Shown: positions 39,652 to 51,836 of the stretch, in pieces
How positions within the stretch are numbered: the stretch's first letter is position 1
Layout of the letters: every line of letters begins with the position of its first letter
Assembly: GCA_951406725.2 (NCBI GenBank)
Contig: OX597831.1
Span: 27,714,001 to 27,778,000, forward strand
Direction: 5' to 3'
Length of the DNA stretch: 64,000 nucleotides
Source of the DNA: Octopus vulgaris
Taxonomy: Eukaryota
Notes under the pieces: generated by a model
The model's database searches: none
What the model saw: the letters and a program-made list of their open reading frames with translations, nothing else
Told to the model about the DNA's origin: nothing
Made by a program: the position numbers and the translations under genes

Positions 39652-40257
39652 TATATATATATATATATACTCTTTTTTATTCTTTTACTTGTTTCAGTCA
39701 TTTGACTGCGGTCATGCTGGAGCGCCACCTTTAGTCGAGCAAATCGACCCCAGGACTTATTCTTTGTAAGCCTAGTACTTATTATATTGGTCTCTTTTGC
39801 CAAACCGCTAAGTTACGGGGACGTAAACACACCAGTATCTGTTGTCAAACGATGTGGGGGGGGGGGACAAACACAGACACACAAACATATGCACACACAT
39901 ACATACATATATACGACGAGTTTCTTTCAGTTAACGTCTGCCAAATCCACTCACAAGGTTTCGGTCGGCCTGAGGCTATAGTAGAAGACTCTTGTCCAAG
40001 GTGCCATGCAGTGGGACTGAACCTGGAACCATGTGCTTGGTAAGCAAGCTACTTACCACACAGCCACTCCTGCGCCTATACATATATATATATATATATA
40101 AATGAAAGAATAAGTGAAGCCAAAAGCAAGTGGGAGTACGATTTGACAGCTGTTTAATGATCACTACACATGTTTTGATACAGCCGGCTATCTGGTAATT
40201 CTAAGGGTGGACGAGCTCTATTTTGTACTCTGATACGTTCTTAACGGAATACACCTC

Positions 40258-40354
<97 letters not shown>

Positions 40355-41000
40355 CGCGCGCGCTAGTCCCCCCAACATCGCTTGACAACCGATGCTCGTG
40401 TGTTTACGTCCCCGTAACTTAACGGTTCGGCAAAAGTTACCGATAGAATAAGTACTAGGCTTATAAAGAATGAGTCTTGGGGTCGATTTGTTCGACTAAA
40501 GGCGGTGTTCCAGCATGGCCGCAGTCACAAGAAAGAATAAAAGTGTAAAAGAAAGAATAAAAGTTAAAAAGAATATAATGCGCGGGAGTGGCTGTGTGGT
40601 AAGTAGCTTGCTAACCAACCACATGTTCCGGGTTCAGTCCTATTGCGTGGCACCTTGGGCAAGTGTCTTCTACTATAGCCTCGGACCGACCAAAGCCTTG
40701 TGAGTGGATTTGGTAGACGGAAACTTAAAGAAGCCCGTCGTATATATGCATATATATATATATATATATGCGCGTGTGTGTTTGTGTGTCTGTGTTTGTC
40801 CCCCTAGCATTGCTTGACAACCGATGCTGCTGTGTTTATGTCCCCGTTACTTAGCGGTTCGGCAAAAGAGACCGATAGAATAAGTACTGGGCTTACAAAA
40901 GAATAAGTCCCGGGGTCGAGTTGCTCGATTAAAGGCGGTGCTCCAGCATGGCCGCAGTCAAATGACTGAAACAAGTAAAAGAGTAAAAGAGTAAAAGAGT
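39226..41000. mobile_element. Cluster of four SINE A copies in mixed orientation
   Basis: 39226-39401 (+, deleted), 39668-40076 (-), 40365-40527 (+, 3' half), 40580-41000 (+). Confidence 0.9.
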
Positions 41001-41020
41001 ATATGTATGTACGTGTGTGC

Positions 41021-41056
<36 letters not shown>

Positions 41057-41269
41057 GTGTTTTTCTTATGCGTGTCCTGTGTATAAACTTGGTATCATGT
41101 TTGTTATAATTGAGACTGCGAGCTGTTTATTGAATCGTCAATTTAACACGGATTACGCGATAAGTGATTAAATGATGGAGTGAGCGGATGTGGCCGGGGT
41201 TAGTAAGTAGTATGGTCACATAATCGGAAGTTGAGTGAAAACATAACACTTCCAATTAAGCACATGTAG

Positions 41270-41391
41270 TGATGATGATGATGATGACGATGATAGTGGT
41301 TGTTGTGGTGACTGTGGTGATGGTAGTGGTGGCGTTGATGACAAGAATGGTGATGGTGGTGGTGGTTGGGGAAATGAACTTAATGATTGTA

Positions 41392-41438
<47 letters not shown>

Positions 41439-41535
41439 AGTGGTTGTTGTGGTGACTGTGGTGATGGTAGTGGTGGCGTTGATGACAAGAATGGTGATGG
41501 TGGTGGTGGTTGGGGAAATGAACTTAATGATTGTA

Positions 41536-41566
<31 letters not shown>

Positions 41567-41802
41567 CGATGATGATGATAGTGGTTGTTGTGGTGACTGT
41601 GGTGATGGTAGTGGTGGCGTTGATGACAAGAATGGTGATGGTGGTGGTGGTTGGGGAAATGAACTTAATGATTGTAATGATGATGATGATGACGATGATG
41701 ATGATAGTGGTTGTTGTGGTGACTGTGGTGATGGTAGTGGTGGCGTTGATGACAAAAATGGTGATGGTGGTGGTGGTTGGGGAAATGAACTTAATGATTG
41801 TA

Positions 41803-41842
<40 letters not shown>

Positions 41843-42110
41843 CGATGATGATGATAGTGGTTGTTGTGGTGACTGTGGTGATGGTAGTGGTGGCGTTGAT
41901 GACAAGAATGGTGATGGTGGTGGTGGTTGGGGAAATGAACTTAATGATTGTAATGATGATGATGATGATGATGATGATGACGATGATGATGATAGTGGTT
42001 GTTGTGGTGACTGTGGTGATGGTAGTGGTGGCGTTGATGACAAGAATGGTGATGGTGGTGGTGGTGGGGAAATGAACTTAATGACTGTAATGATGATGAT
42101 GATGATGGCG
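41270..42110. repeat. Young minisatellite: 6 units of 126-150 bp with variable (GAT)n
   Basis: Unit starts at 41292, 41436, 41577, 41703, 41853 and 41991; all periods are multiples of 3. Confidence 0.92.
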
Positions 42111-42135
42111 GTGATTACGTAGACGACGGTGGCAG

Positions 42136-42166
<31 letters not shown>

Positions 42167-42610
42167 ACTGATGATGATGATGATGACGCCAACAACGACG
42201 AAGTCGACGCAATGACGATGGCAGCGGTGGATGTGACGGTGGTGGTGGTGGTGGTGGTGGATTACGGGGCTACTGGTGCTGATGGTAATAATAATGATGA
42301 CGACGACGACGATGATGTCCATACTTCAAGAAAAAAAAAACCCCAACAAAATCGAAGCTAAACATTTTGAAAACGAAGGTTATTCGTGTTTTGTTGTAAT
42401 CGAAAGAGTTGAATGAAAGAGAAAAAATCTTTTTTTTTTTTATTTAATTAATTAAAAGAAGCATATTTATTTATTTTTTTTATTTACAATTAGCAAAGTT
42501 CATTAGTTAGTTCATTGTTGAGAAATATCATAATTTCAAAGTTTATATGTGAAAAGGTGGGTTTCCGTGCTCGCGTGCTCGCGCAGGTGCGTGTGTGTGT
42601 GTGTGTGTTT

Positions 42611-42679
<69 letters not shown>

Positions 42680-42792
42680 GGAGTAACACTGCAAGAAACT
42701 TTTACCTATACACATACATACATACATACATACATACATACATTCATACATGCATACATACATGCATGTGTGTGTCTATGTATGTACGTATA

Positions 42793-43255
42793 TACTCTTT
42801 TATCTGTTTCAGTCATTTGATTGTGGCCATGCTGGAGCACCACCTTGAAGTTTTTTTTGTTTTAGTCGAACAAATCGACCCTAGGGCTTAGTTTTTTTAA
42901 GCCTAGTACTTATTCTATCGATCTCTTTTGCCGAACCGCTAATTTACAGTAAGTGAACACACCAACACTGGTTGTCAAGTATTCATGGGGCATAAACACA
43001 CACACACACACATGTATGTATGTATGTATGTATGTATGTATGTATGTATGTATGTATGTATGTATGTATGTATGTATGTATGTATGTATGTATATATACC
43101 ACGGGCTTTTTTTAGTTTCCGTCAATCAAATCCACTCACAAGGCTTTGGGCGGCCCGAAGCTAAGGTAGAAGACACTTGCCTAAGGTCCCATGCAGTGGG
43201 ACTGAACTCGGAAGAATGTGGTTGGGAAGCAAGCGTCTTACCACACAAACATGCC
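42793..43255 (-). mobile_element. SINE family A, diverged
   Basis: Homology; internal (TATG)n. Confidence 0.85.
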
Positions 43256-43311
43256 TATATATATATACAATACGCACATACATACATTCATGTTTATTTA
43301 CTTCTGTTATG

Positions 43312-43355
<44 letters not shown>

Positions 43356-43999
43356 TAGATAGATAGATAGATGGATACATACATACATACATACATCTCC
43401 TTCTCTTTCTTTCTCTCTCTGTATATATATAAGTACGAACAAACGGGATAAACGAAAAGTACACACAGACAATGTCGCTAAATCTAAACGACCGAAGGCA
43501 AATCAGAAGTAACAATCAGGAAAAAAACAACAAAAGTCAGTTAAACGTACATAGTGAATATATTAGATTGAGTTCAGTGAAAGTTTTAGGTGGGAAAATA
43601 AGAATGAAAATGACGTTTCGAGCGTGGCTCATCGTTGGAAAAAGGAAAAAGTCTAGAGAAGAGAAAAAGGAGGAAGAAACAGGTACGTGCGTCGTTACAT
43701 AGCCGAAAATGTAATTGACCAGAGATTGGAGATAGAGGATGTGGTTTTTGAAGGCTGGGAAGTGTAAAAATGGTCATTGTGTGTGTGAGGTCATTGTACT
43801 GTGCGAGCGGAGTGTTTATATATATCTGTTTATTTTGTGTGTGTATGTGTATGTGGGTGAAGGTGGTGAGTATTGTGTTTGTATATTAGAGGGTTTTGCG
43901 TGTGTTGGCAGTATATGAGTGCGTATGTGTTTCTGTTTATGTGTGAGAGTGAACCTAAGAGGCTGGTAGCAACAGGGTTTAGCAATAGACGGACGTGTG

Positions 44000-44415
44000 A
44001 CGGCGAGCTAGCAGAAACGTTAGCACGCCGGGCGAAATGCTTGTCGGTATTTCATCTGCGTTACGTTGTGAGTTCAAATTCCGCCGAGGTCGACTTTGCC
44101 TTTCATCCTTTCGGGGTCGATAAATTAAGTACCAGTTACGCACTGGGGTCGATGTAATCGACTTAATACCTATGTCTGTCCTTGTTTGTCCCTTCTATGT
44201 TTAGCCCCTTGTGGGTAATAAAGAAATGGGTATTTCGTCTGCGTTACGTTGTGAGTTCAAATTCCGCCGAGGTCGACTTTGCCTTTCATCCTTTCGGGGT
44301 CGATAAATTAAGTACCAGTTACGCACTGGGGTCGATGTAATCGACTTAATACCTATGTCTGTCCTTGTTTGTCCCCTCTGTGTTTAGCCCCTTGTGGGTA
44401 ATAAAGAAATAGGTA
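44000..44415 (+). mobile_element. SINE family C (head plus two core/long-tail modules)
   Basis: Two near-identical modules of about 183 bp, ending AAAGAAATAGGTAT. Confidence 0.92.
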
Positions 44416-45135
44416 TCTGTGTACGCATGTGTGTGTGTATGTGCGTGTGTAGGTGTGTTTATCTATGTGTTTGCGTATGAGTGTGTGTATGACGATTATT
44501 TTTTTTGTACGTACTATGATATGTAAACATGTGTGTGTGTGTATGAGTGTGCATTAGAAAGCTATGTTGTGTGTGGGTGTGTGGAAGACACATGATGAAA
44601 GAAAAGGTGGGGGTCAGTAGAGGAAACGAAATTTTCGCTCAAGCTGATGACTCATGTAACTGTATTTACGTTAGATGTACAATTGCCTATAGGATATCAT
44701 TCTATTTACACCCATAACAAAGCGGGGTATAATGTACATATAGATTCGTTGACTAATTTCAGTAACAGTCATCAACGTCAGATGGGCTCAACCCAAAGAA
44801 CTGTACCTAATTGCATCATTCGTTGGCCATTTTAGCAACTGCTATTTTCATATAACATTTATACAAATAAATCGGTCTGATATCGATTTTGAAGTTTTAA
44901 GCGCTGTGTGTGTGTGTGTGTGTGTGTGTGAGTGAGTGTATACATATATACAAACGTACGTACATATATACATACATACATACATACGTATATGCATACA
45001 TACATACATACATGTATAAATACATACATACAAGCTAGGTTACGGGGACGTAAAAGCACCAGCATCGGTTGTCAAGCGATGTTGGGGAGACAAACACAGA
45101 CACACAAACATTTACACACACACACGCACCTCCCC

Positions 45136-45182
<47 letters not shown>

Positions 45183-45231
45183 GTATGTATATATATATAA
45201 TCCAAAGTGTACGGTATTATATATCTATGAC

Positions 45232-45323
45232 AGCTGATCTTACCAATCGGTTTCGCGCTAGGGGCACAACGGAGTGTTGGGTAACATTCCGATTATATAA
45301 CCCTACGCGCATCAGAGGTAGCC
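45232..45323 (-). ncRNA. Type I hammerhead-like motif with long stem II and A9C core variant
   Basis: Minus strand: GGCUACCU-CUGAUGC-GCGUAGGG...CGGAAUGUU-ACCC-AACACUCCG...CCCUAGCGC-GAAA-CCGAUUGGU-A-AGAUCAGC; stem I imperfect. Confidence 0.6.
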
Positions 45324-45470
45324 GATATAGAATGAAATATTGCGACTACTCTCTGTGACATGTGCGGCATAGCGGAATTTGTGCTGCGATAACATCGTTC
45401 AGTCCGCTCCGTTCGCGAATTACATCATTTCGAATATGCACTCATTCATATTCGAAATATATATATATAT

Positions 45471-45772
45471 TGCGTATAGAAGCGAGCTGCTATCATCTCT
45501 AGCAGACGAGGTGTCCAGTACTGAGGAGTAGTAGAAATAGCCCGAAACCAGAACTGATTTATTGGTCCCGTCGCAAGGAGACGGTAGGGGTTCGCTCCCC
45601 ATGCTCGCAATTTTATCGGAAAACAATTGTGAAGCTAGAGGAGATGTCCTCTTAGGAATCGCAGTAGAGTCTGCTCGAACGGACAGCCATGTTAAAGTAG
45701 CCACGAATATCTCTTGTGAATACAACTACTGCGCTGATCTCTTAGAGAGATTTTAGAATTAGCAATTTTGCT
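45471..45772 (+). ncRNA. Structured element of about 300 nt with a decayed hammerhead core
   Basis: CTGAGGA at 45521, GAAA at 45544, stem III ACCA/TGGT then GTC; many hairpins; stems I and II do not pair well. Confidence 0.4.
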
Positions 45773-46043
45773 TACTCTCTTTTACTCATTTACTTGTTTC
45801 AGTTATTTGACTGTGGCCATGCTGGAGCACCGCCTTTAGTCGAGCAAATCGACCCCAGGACATATTCTTTGTAAGCCCAGTTCTTATTCTATCGGTCTCT
45901 TTTGCCGAACCGCTAAGTTACGGGGACGTAAACACAATAGCATCAGTTGTCAAGCGATGTTGGGAGACGAACACAGACACACAAACGTATACATACACAT
46001 ACATACATATATATGTGTGTGTGTGTGTGTGTGTATGTGCGTG

Positions 46044-46079
<36 letters not shown>

Positions 46080-46102
46080 TATATACTACATATATACATA
46101 CA

Positions 46103-46475
46103 CTAGCAGTATCGCCCGGCGTTGCTCAGGTTTGTAAGGGAAATAACTATAAAGCATTTTTAGAGAGTTATAGCCAAAAAATAGCAAAAAAATGATGGTA
46201 AATTTTTTTGAGAGTAAAAAAAGGTGGAGTTGCGTCCCCTAGACAGTTTGCGGTTTGTGTTTCTGATTCTCGACCCCATGTCAAATTTATCGATTTTTTT
46301 CAGAACTGGGGGAACTTTTCAAAATTTTCGCTGCGTTAGTTTTGAATTATGACATTGGGCTATGTGTGTGTCAAGTTTCATCAGAATCGGTTGAAAGCCG
46401 TGGTCAGGGTGAGGGTACAAGCAAACAGACACACAGAAACACGCACAGACAAACTGCCGTTTATATATAGAGAGA
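46103..46475 (-). mobile_element. Non-autonomous Helitron
   Basis: Reverse-complement near-copy of 29263-29642 with TC and CTAG termini. Confidence 0.87.
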
Positions 46476-46494
46476 TAAATATATACATACATAT

Positions 46495-46527
<33 letters not shown>

Positions 46528-46590
46528 TACATACATACATACATACATATATATATACATACATACATACATATATATATACATACATAT

Positions 46591-46621
<31 letters not shown>

Positions 46622-46766
46622 CATACATACATATATACATACATACATATATACATACATATATACATACACATATACATACACATATACATACATACAT
46701 ATACACATACATATATACATACATATATACATACATATATACATACATATATACATATATATATAC

Positions 46767-46807
<41 letters not shown>

Positions 46808-46810
<3 letters not shown>

Positions 46811-46979
46811 GGAAAGTTTACAAAAATAAACAAAAGACGAAGGCAGGTGGTGTACAAACAAACAGATGTATTAGTATAGCGCTCAGGAATAGAAAAAGTC
46901 TTTTACGTTTCGAGCCTACGCTCTTCTACAGAAAGATACACAGAAAAAAACAAGGAGAGAAACAAGGAGAGAAAAAAAG
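46808..46979 (-). mobile_element. Short PLE-pLTR-like element with minimal hammerhead motif (copy 2)
   Basis: Homologous to 21337-21538; motif at 46899-46936 with core CTGTAGA. Confidence 0.7.
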
Positions 46980-47424
46980 ACGGGATTCTTTCAGTTTTCG
47001 TCTACCAAATCCACTCACAAGGCTTTGGTCGATACGGGGTTATTGTAGAAGATACTTGCCCAAGACACTTGCTTACCACACAGCCACTCATATTAAAAAT
47101 AACACACACACACACACACACTCATACATACACAGACACATTCACACACATTTATATGTATGTATGTAGTTATGTACGTATGGATGATTCATTTAAAACA
47201 AAGCAAGCGCTGAAACTCCACCCATTACCACTGTTTGACCACGCCCACTACGTGAGTGGCTCCCTCCCACCACTAATTTCCAACTAATCAAAATACAACG
47301 ACTAGATTCTCTGCGTGCTAACCAATCCTGAGTCATTTTATCTATGTAGGTTTATGCATGACTACAAGTATCACAATGCTTACACAAACACACATACACA
47401 CACAGACACACATATGTTTATATA

Positions 47425-47455
<31 letters not shown>

Positions 47456-47502
47456 ATGTATGTATGTATGTGTATATGAATGCATGTTTGTATGTATATG
47501 AA

Positions 47503-47591
<89 letters not shown>

Positions 47592-47595
47592 TATA

Positions 47596-47653
<58 letters not shown>

Positions 47654-47689
47654 TATACATACATATATATATATATACATACACATTAT

Positions 47690-47751
<62 letters not shown>

Positions 47752-47839
47752 GCCACGCATCCTCTTCCAAGTTTATATATAAATATATATATACGAATTG
47801 GTGTGTGAATATGAATATATATAAATTCATATGATACAC

Positions 47840-47877
<38 letters not shown>

Positions 47878-48252
47878 ATGTATGTACAGATGTACGTATA
47901 TCTATGCGTGTGTTTTTGTTTGTGTGTTTGCATCCGCGTAAACTAGTGGTTCAGCAAAAGAGACCGACAGAATAAATACCACCCTTAAAAAAAAAGAAGA
48001 GACAGAACTGGAGTCGATTTATTCGACTAAAATTTCAAGGCGGTGCTCCAGCATGGCCGCAGTCTAATGAGTGAAACAAGTAACCGATAAAAGATATAGA
48101 GTGGAGCCATTTAATTTAAGAACGCTCTAGTATACTTGTGTTAAAAATTGCAATTTTTGTATATTGAAGATGCAAATTGTGAATTAAGATGTATATCAAA
48201 ATAAAGAAAATCTTAATATGGTACACAACTTTACAGCTTAATATCAACATAA

Positions 48253-48643
48253 TCTCTCTATATATAAAGCTGAAGTTGTCTGTGTATGGCAGGTTTGGTA
48301 GGTTTCAACTAACACTATCTCCTCCGAGACCCTGCGGCGCAAGTTGACCAAAATTGAGAGTATGATAGAAGAAGGCTTGCTCTTCCTTCCGTAGAAGAAA
48401 AAATTCAAATTGGACCATGTAGCACCAAAAATTATTTACATCAAAAAGGTGCTGTTTTTCTATGAAAATCCCTATTTTTTACGATTTTTTGACTGCTGTG
48501 TCGCCCTTTTTCGGTGTATTTCAACCATTAAAATGTTCACTTAAAGAGAATAACAAGCTACATAATGCAAATTTTTTACTTTTCAAAAATTCCAATTCTA
48601 AAGGGTCGAAACAAACCCGAGCAACGCCGGGCGATACTGCTAG
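48253..48643 (+). mobile_element. Non-autonomous Helitron, second body type
   Basis: A|TCTCTCTATATATAAA start and ACAAACCCGAGCAACGCCGGGCGATACTGCTAG|T end; interior largely different from 29263. Confidence 0.82.
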
Positions 48644-48749
48644 TTTTAAATTAGAAATAAATCTTTATTGTAATTCTTAGCGCCATTTAATTTAAGAATG
48701 ATTTGTAAAATTTCGTTATTTTGCTTTAAAATATCCATTCTGAGATCAA

Positions 48750-49810
48750 CAAAAAACAATAAGTTCACACAATCGCTATTTAGTTGTGTATCCAACTTAC
48801 TTAATACAGCTTTGCATCTGCGAAACATAGAATTGTTCAGATCATTTATTACTGTTCTTGAGATTTTTTCCCCCAAAATTTGGCTAATAATGTTTTTAAA
48901 AAAATCATCTTTATTCTTTGGCTTACTACTTTGCACAGCTCTGCCTAATCTTTCCCAAAGGCTTTCGATGGGATTTAGGCGGGGCGATTGCGCCAGGGTC
49001 TGCATCAACCGAACTCTCTTAAACCTAATGTTATCTCTGACGAGGTGTGTTTCGGCTCATTGTATGGCTCGAAAGTCCAAGATCGGCCCAAATGCTTTCG
49101 GGCGTATGGAAGTATAGTCTTATCCAATATTTCTAGGTATGACTTACTATCCATAATGCCCTTGATTCGGATTATAGGACCGACGCCTTTTCCAGACGTC
49201 CCCCCCACACACACACACACACACCATCACACTTCTACCACCGAGCTTAATTGTAGATCGGATGCTTTCTGGATGATATTATTCGCCTATGCGCCTTCTT
49301 ACATTCTTCCTGCAATCACTGCCGAACAAGCTGAACTTTGACTCGTTCGACCACAACACATTCCACCAATCTTCTAGATTCCAATTCAAATGTTCTTTTA
49401 TGAACTGTATTTGAGCACACCGATTTTTTAAAGAAATGTATGGCTTTTACATGAGACTCTTCCTAGAATTCCAAATTCTTTGAGACAGTTATTTTTCTAT
49501 GGTAGACACTCCAATGTTAAGTCCATATTTTTGCCGAATTTTTTTTTTAAAAATGTCAACAGCGGTCATTTTCTTTTCTTTTTAGGAACAGTCTATGAAT
49601 CCATCTATCCATTCTTGCCGTTGCTTTTCTTGGTTGCCCAGGTCAAGGGCGGTCTTTATAATCATTAGTTTCTTTATAAAGACGGACAACATTGTAGACG
49701 GCTGTTTTAGAACATCCAACTTCGTTTGAAATAGCTTTATATGACCATTTCAGCCTGTTAAGCTGAACGAGCCCCGCTCTGGTTTCTAGCGGTTTATCTC
49801 TTACCGATCA
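48750..49810 (-). pseudogene. Decayed Tc1 (DD34E-type) transposase
   Basis: SYKAISNEVGCSKTAVYNVV (HTH), WNVLWSNESKF, TIKLGGRSVMV, GVGPIIRIKGIMDS, WTFEPYNEPKHTS, AQSPRLNPIESLW and SMFRRCKAV in the expected order; frameshifted. Confidence 0.9.
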
Positions 49811-50262
49811 CAACTATTAAGTAATTTAAAAATTGTAACAGCATGAAAATTACCCTACCTATTAGGAGGAGGAGGTGAAGGGGGAGAAAGAGGAGGAGGT
49901 GAAGGGGGAGAAAGAGGAGGAGGAGGAATTGTAAAATTAAGTTGAAATCTAAAAGGAATATAAGAAGCGTCTACTTACAATTTGTCCGTTGCCGTCGGCA
50001 ATAACTTTCTCGCGGTTGCTTTCCTCGTTGCCATTGAGAATGGGCATCGTAGAATTATTGATTCCATCCTTTCCAGGAGACTGAATTGATTGAACTTTGG
50101 TCAGTTCTATACTCATGGCTTATGGTTGTACTCTTCCTGCTGTTGACAGAGAAAAAAAACATTCTGTTAATTTGTGTATATATCTACATCCAGCCATATA
50201 CATATATATGTTTACGTGTACGCATGTATGTATGCATGTATGTATGTATGTATATGTGTGTG

Positions 50263-50291
<29 letters not shown>

Positions 50292-50295
<4 letters not shown>

Positions 50296-50576
50296 AGGCG
50301 CAATGGCCCAGTGGTTAGGGCAGCAGACTCGCGGTCGTAAGATCGCAGTTTCGATTCCTAGCCAGGCGTCGTGAGTGTTTATTGAGCGAAAACACTTAAA
50401 GCTCCACGACGCTCTGGCAGGGGGTGGCGGTGAACCCTACTATACTCTTTCGCCACAACTTTCTCTCACTCTTTCTTCCTGTTTCTCTTGTACCTGTATT
50501 TCAAAGGGCCGGCCTTGTCACACTCTGTGTGACGCTGAATCTCCCCCGAGAACTACGTTAAGGGTACACGTGTCTG
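50292..50576 (+). mobile_element. SINE family B, 3'-truncated
   Basis: Head and body homology. Confidence 0.88.
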
Positions 50577-50713
50577 CTAAGCAAATGGGAAGCAGTAATT
50601 GAAGTAGATGGTGAATATGGTCCAGAATAATCATTTAAAGATGTTTTTGTTACATGTTATTGTTTTGTTGAATAAAATTTGTTGAAAAAAGCCGCAATAA
50701 TTATGCACCAGCC
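50577..50713 (+). mobile_element. Mariner 3' end fragment
   Basis: LSKWEAVIEVDGEY (mariner C-terminus), then TIR-like CCGCAATAATTATGCACCAGCCCA. Confidence 0.7.
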
Positions 50714-50727
50714 CACACACACACACA

Positions 50728-50781
<54 letters not shown>

Positions 50782-50849
50782 ATATATATATAACATATAT
50801 ATAATATATATACACACATACATGTACATGCCTACATACATATGTATGT

Positions 50850-51240
50850 ATACCATAAATCCTCGAGTATAATCCGCATTTTTTCCCCAAATTTAACGGT
50901 CAAAATCCCTAGTGCATAGTATATACGAGGTTAAAAAGGAAAAATATTTTCTGAGCAATGTCCGAGTCTCTATTTGCTGTCCGGCAATGTTTATTCAGAC
51001 GCATTTTGTGATGTTGGGCGCGAAAATACCTTAAGCTAAGCCTGAAAGCAATGAAGTCATAAAAGAATCATCCATAACTTGCAGTAAGCAACATTTATTA
51101 AACGTTATTACAGTTATTTCTCTATTTTCTGCAAACAAAATACACAAAAAAGCTACACGTTTGCATTATGTTATATATACAATAATAATAAAGGATGTTA
51201 CCGTCTACATTTTTACAAAACAAGGACGTTATATAGACCT
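50850..51240. mobile_element. Possible pogo/Tc2-like DNA transposon end
   Basis: TACCATAAATCCTCGAGTATAATCCGCA resembles the TACCG-type terminus at 9939; no partner TIR seen. Confidence 0.35.
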
Positions 51241-51451
51241 CCTTGACACAAAGTTTTAGGACAGACAAACGGATTAAGTCGATTACATCGACTCCAGTGC
51301 GTAACTGGTACTTAATTTATCGACCCCGAAAGGATGAAAGGCAAAGTCGACCTCGGCGGAATTTTAACTCAGAACGTAGAGACAGACGAAATACCGCTAA
51401 GTCAATAACAAATATCTAAATATAAAGAAAAAAATGTAAATTAGAAGAAGT

Positions 51452-51836
51452 GGCAGGAGTGGCTGTGTGGTAAGTAGCTTGCTAACCAACCACATGGTTC
51501 CGGGTTCTGCTATAGCCCCGAGCCGACCAATGCCTTGTGAGTGGATTTGGTAGACGGAAACTGAAAGAAGCCTGTCGTATATATGTATATATGTGTATAT
51601 GTATGTGTGTGTATGTGTTTGTGTGTCTGTGTTTGTCCCCCTAGCATTGCTTGACAACCGATGCTGGTGTGTTTACGTCTCCGTCACTTAGCGGTTCGGC
51701 AAAAGAGACCGATAGAATAAGTACTGGGCTTACAAAGAATAAGTCCCGGGGTCGATTTGCTCGACTAAAGGCGGTGCTCCAGCATGGCCGCAGTCAAATG
51801 ACTGAAACAAGTAAAAGAGTAAAGAGTAAAGAGTAA
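51452..51836 (+). mobile_element. SINE family A (a SINE C fragment lies at 51258-51400, -)
   Basis: Homology; deletion after GGGTTC. Confidence 0.9.

Larger units (their letters stand above)
45773..47090 (-). mobile_element. SINE A split by nested insertions
   Basis: 3' half at 45773-46000 and 5' half at 46980-47090; a Helitron and an HHR element sit in the internal microsatellite. Confidence 0.75.

Noticed and set aside
40165-40200. Possible hammerhead 3' half (AAACATGTGTA on the minus strand)
   Set aside because: GAAA is mutated and no 5' core was found.
41216-42322. 368-aa Ser/Pro-rich and 268-aa Met/Val-rich ORFs
   Set aside because: By-products of a trinucleotide-based minisatellite; no domain or gene structure.
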